From positions 16,034-80,033 of the forward strand of contig JAJDTE010000143.1 of NCBI GenBank assembly GCA_022827325.1: DNA of 64,000 nt, given 5' to 3'. Every line of letters starts with the position of its first letter. Position 1 is the stretch's first letter. Under the pieces are notes generated by a model. It searched no databases. It was given only the letters and a program-made list of their open reading frames with translations, and had not been told where the DNA came from. The DNA comes from Gammaproteobacteria bacterium (GTDB lineage Bacteria > Pseudomonadota > Gammaproteobacteria > Arenicellales > Poriferihabitantaceae). Shown piece after piece: positions 61,948-64,000 of this stretch. Position numbers and translations under genes: made by a program.

Positions 61948-62642
61948 CTACACGCCGAGGTAGCGCCGGAGCAGTCCGGGGTCCGCCTCCACCTCGGCGC
62001 GCCTGGCGTCCAGCCGGAGCACGCCGGTTTCGAGAAACGCCACCCGGTCCGCCACGGGCATGACCGTGTCCACCCGCTGTTCCACCAGCAGCACGGCCAC
62101 GCCGCCGTCCCGGAGCCTGACGATCACGTCGCGGATGCCGGCGACCATCGACGGCATCAGGCCCTCGGTCGGCTCATCGAGCAGCAGGACCGTGGGCTTG
62201 AGGCACAAGGCCCTGGCCATGGCCAGCATCTGCTGCTCGCCGCCGCTCAGGGTGCCGGCCACCTGGTGCAGCCTGTCCGCCAGCGGCGGGAAGAATTCCA
62301 GGGCCTCGTGCATGGCCGCCCGGTCCCGGCGGGTGGCCATGATGCCGATTTCCAGGTTTTCCGTCACGGTGAGTTCCGCGAAGAGACGCCGGCCCTGGGG
62401 CACGTAGCCGATCCCCCGCCGGGGGATCTCGTGGGGCTTGAGGCCGCCGATGGGCCGGCCTTCCAGGAGGAAATCGCCCTCGCGGCGCACCTGACCCATG
62501 ATGGCCCGCAGCAGCGTGGTCTTGCCGGCGCCGTTGCGGCCGAGCAGGCACAGGATCTCGCCGCCGGCCACCGCGAGGTCCACGTCCCGGAGCACCCGGA
62601 TGCTGCCGTAGTAGCCGTTGACTCTCTTGAGCGTCAGGCGCA

Positions 62643-62643
<1 letters not shown>
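61948..62643 (-). CDS. Branched-chain amino acid/urea-type ABC ATPase (LivF-like)
   Basis: GRNGAGKTT, VPQGRRLF, LSGGEQQML, DEPTEGL and VEQ. Confidence 0.9.
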
Positions 62644-63355
<712 letters not shown>

Positions 63356-63359
<4 letters not shown>

Positions 63360-64000
63360 GGCAGCCACCCGAGCCAGCGCTCCCGGACGTACCCGAGCGC
63401 TCCCCGGGGAAAGAACAGCACCAGGAACAGCAGCACCACGCCGGTGACCAGCAGATAGGCGGTGGTGTGTTCGCTGGCGAGATCCACCAGGTAGAACATG
63501 AAGAAGGTTCCCACGATGGGCCCCGCCACCGTGCCGGCGCCGCCGAGGAGGGTGTAGAGCAGCGGGTCGATGGAGTACTGGATGGCGGCGAAGGAGGACC
63601 CGATGTAGGCGAACATCAGGGCATAGGCCGCCCCGGCCATGGCGGACAGCGTGCCCGACAGCGTCAGCGCCTGGAGCTTGAAGATGAAGGTGTTGTAGCC
63701 CAGCATCCTGGACCGGTCCTCGTTCTCCCGGATGGCGATGAGCGCACGGCCGAAGCGCCCCCGCACCACCAGGAGCACGCAGGCCATGGTCAGCGCCAGC
63801 AGCGCGAGCGCCAGGTTGTAGCGGGTCGACGGGTCCGTCAGCAGCCATTGCCTGCCGAGGAGTTCGAAGCTGCGCGCCGCGGCGGGCATCACCAGGCCCT
63901 CGTCACCCCGGGTCCAGGTGGTGAAGTACACCGTCGCGAGGTAGACCACCTGGGAGATCATCAGGGTCACGATCATGAACGCGACGCCGGTGGTCCGAAG
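63356..64000 (-). CDS. Branched-chain amino acid-type ABC permease (LivM-like), 5'-truncated by window edge
   Basis: FMIVTL, TRGDEG, FGRAL.AIRENE.R...LGY, LLGGAGT..GP and FFPRG. Confidence 0.88.

Overview
A high-GC bacterial chromosome segment that contains the replication origin. The core genes (dnaA, dnaN, gyrB, rpe-gph-trpE, mrcB) look gammaproteobacterial, which is inference from sequence recall. In order, the window holds: the 3' part of a respiratory nitrate reductase operon (narG-H-J-I plus a PpiC-type PPIase); three accessory envelope genes; a C1/serine-cycle-like block (mcl, mtkAB and an atypical SHMT with the 2-methylserine hydroxymethyltransferase signature); degQ, nnrU and nnrS; rpe-gph; a trp operon with an unannotated Trp-rich leader peptide and a BauB-like cupin where trpD usually sits; a PotABCD-like ABC transporter; miscellaneous enzymes and mrcB; a lower-GC island (metallophosphoesterase fusion, sulfotransferase, GntR/UTRA regulator, tripartite tricarboxylate transporter) driven by a symmetric bidirectional promoter; gyrB, a recF-less gap with two perfect parS sites, dnaN, oriC (DnaA boxes plus DnaA-trio-like element) and dnaA with no rpmH upstream; a cpxP-R-A-like system; an MFS gene, fadH, thiBPQ with a TPP riboswitch, pncA, a glutamine amidotransferase and a partial Liv-type ABC transporter. 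I saw no CRISPR array, rRNA, tRNA or transposase. All family calls come from motif recognition by eye; no database searches were run.
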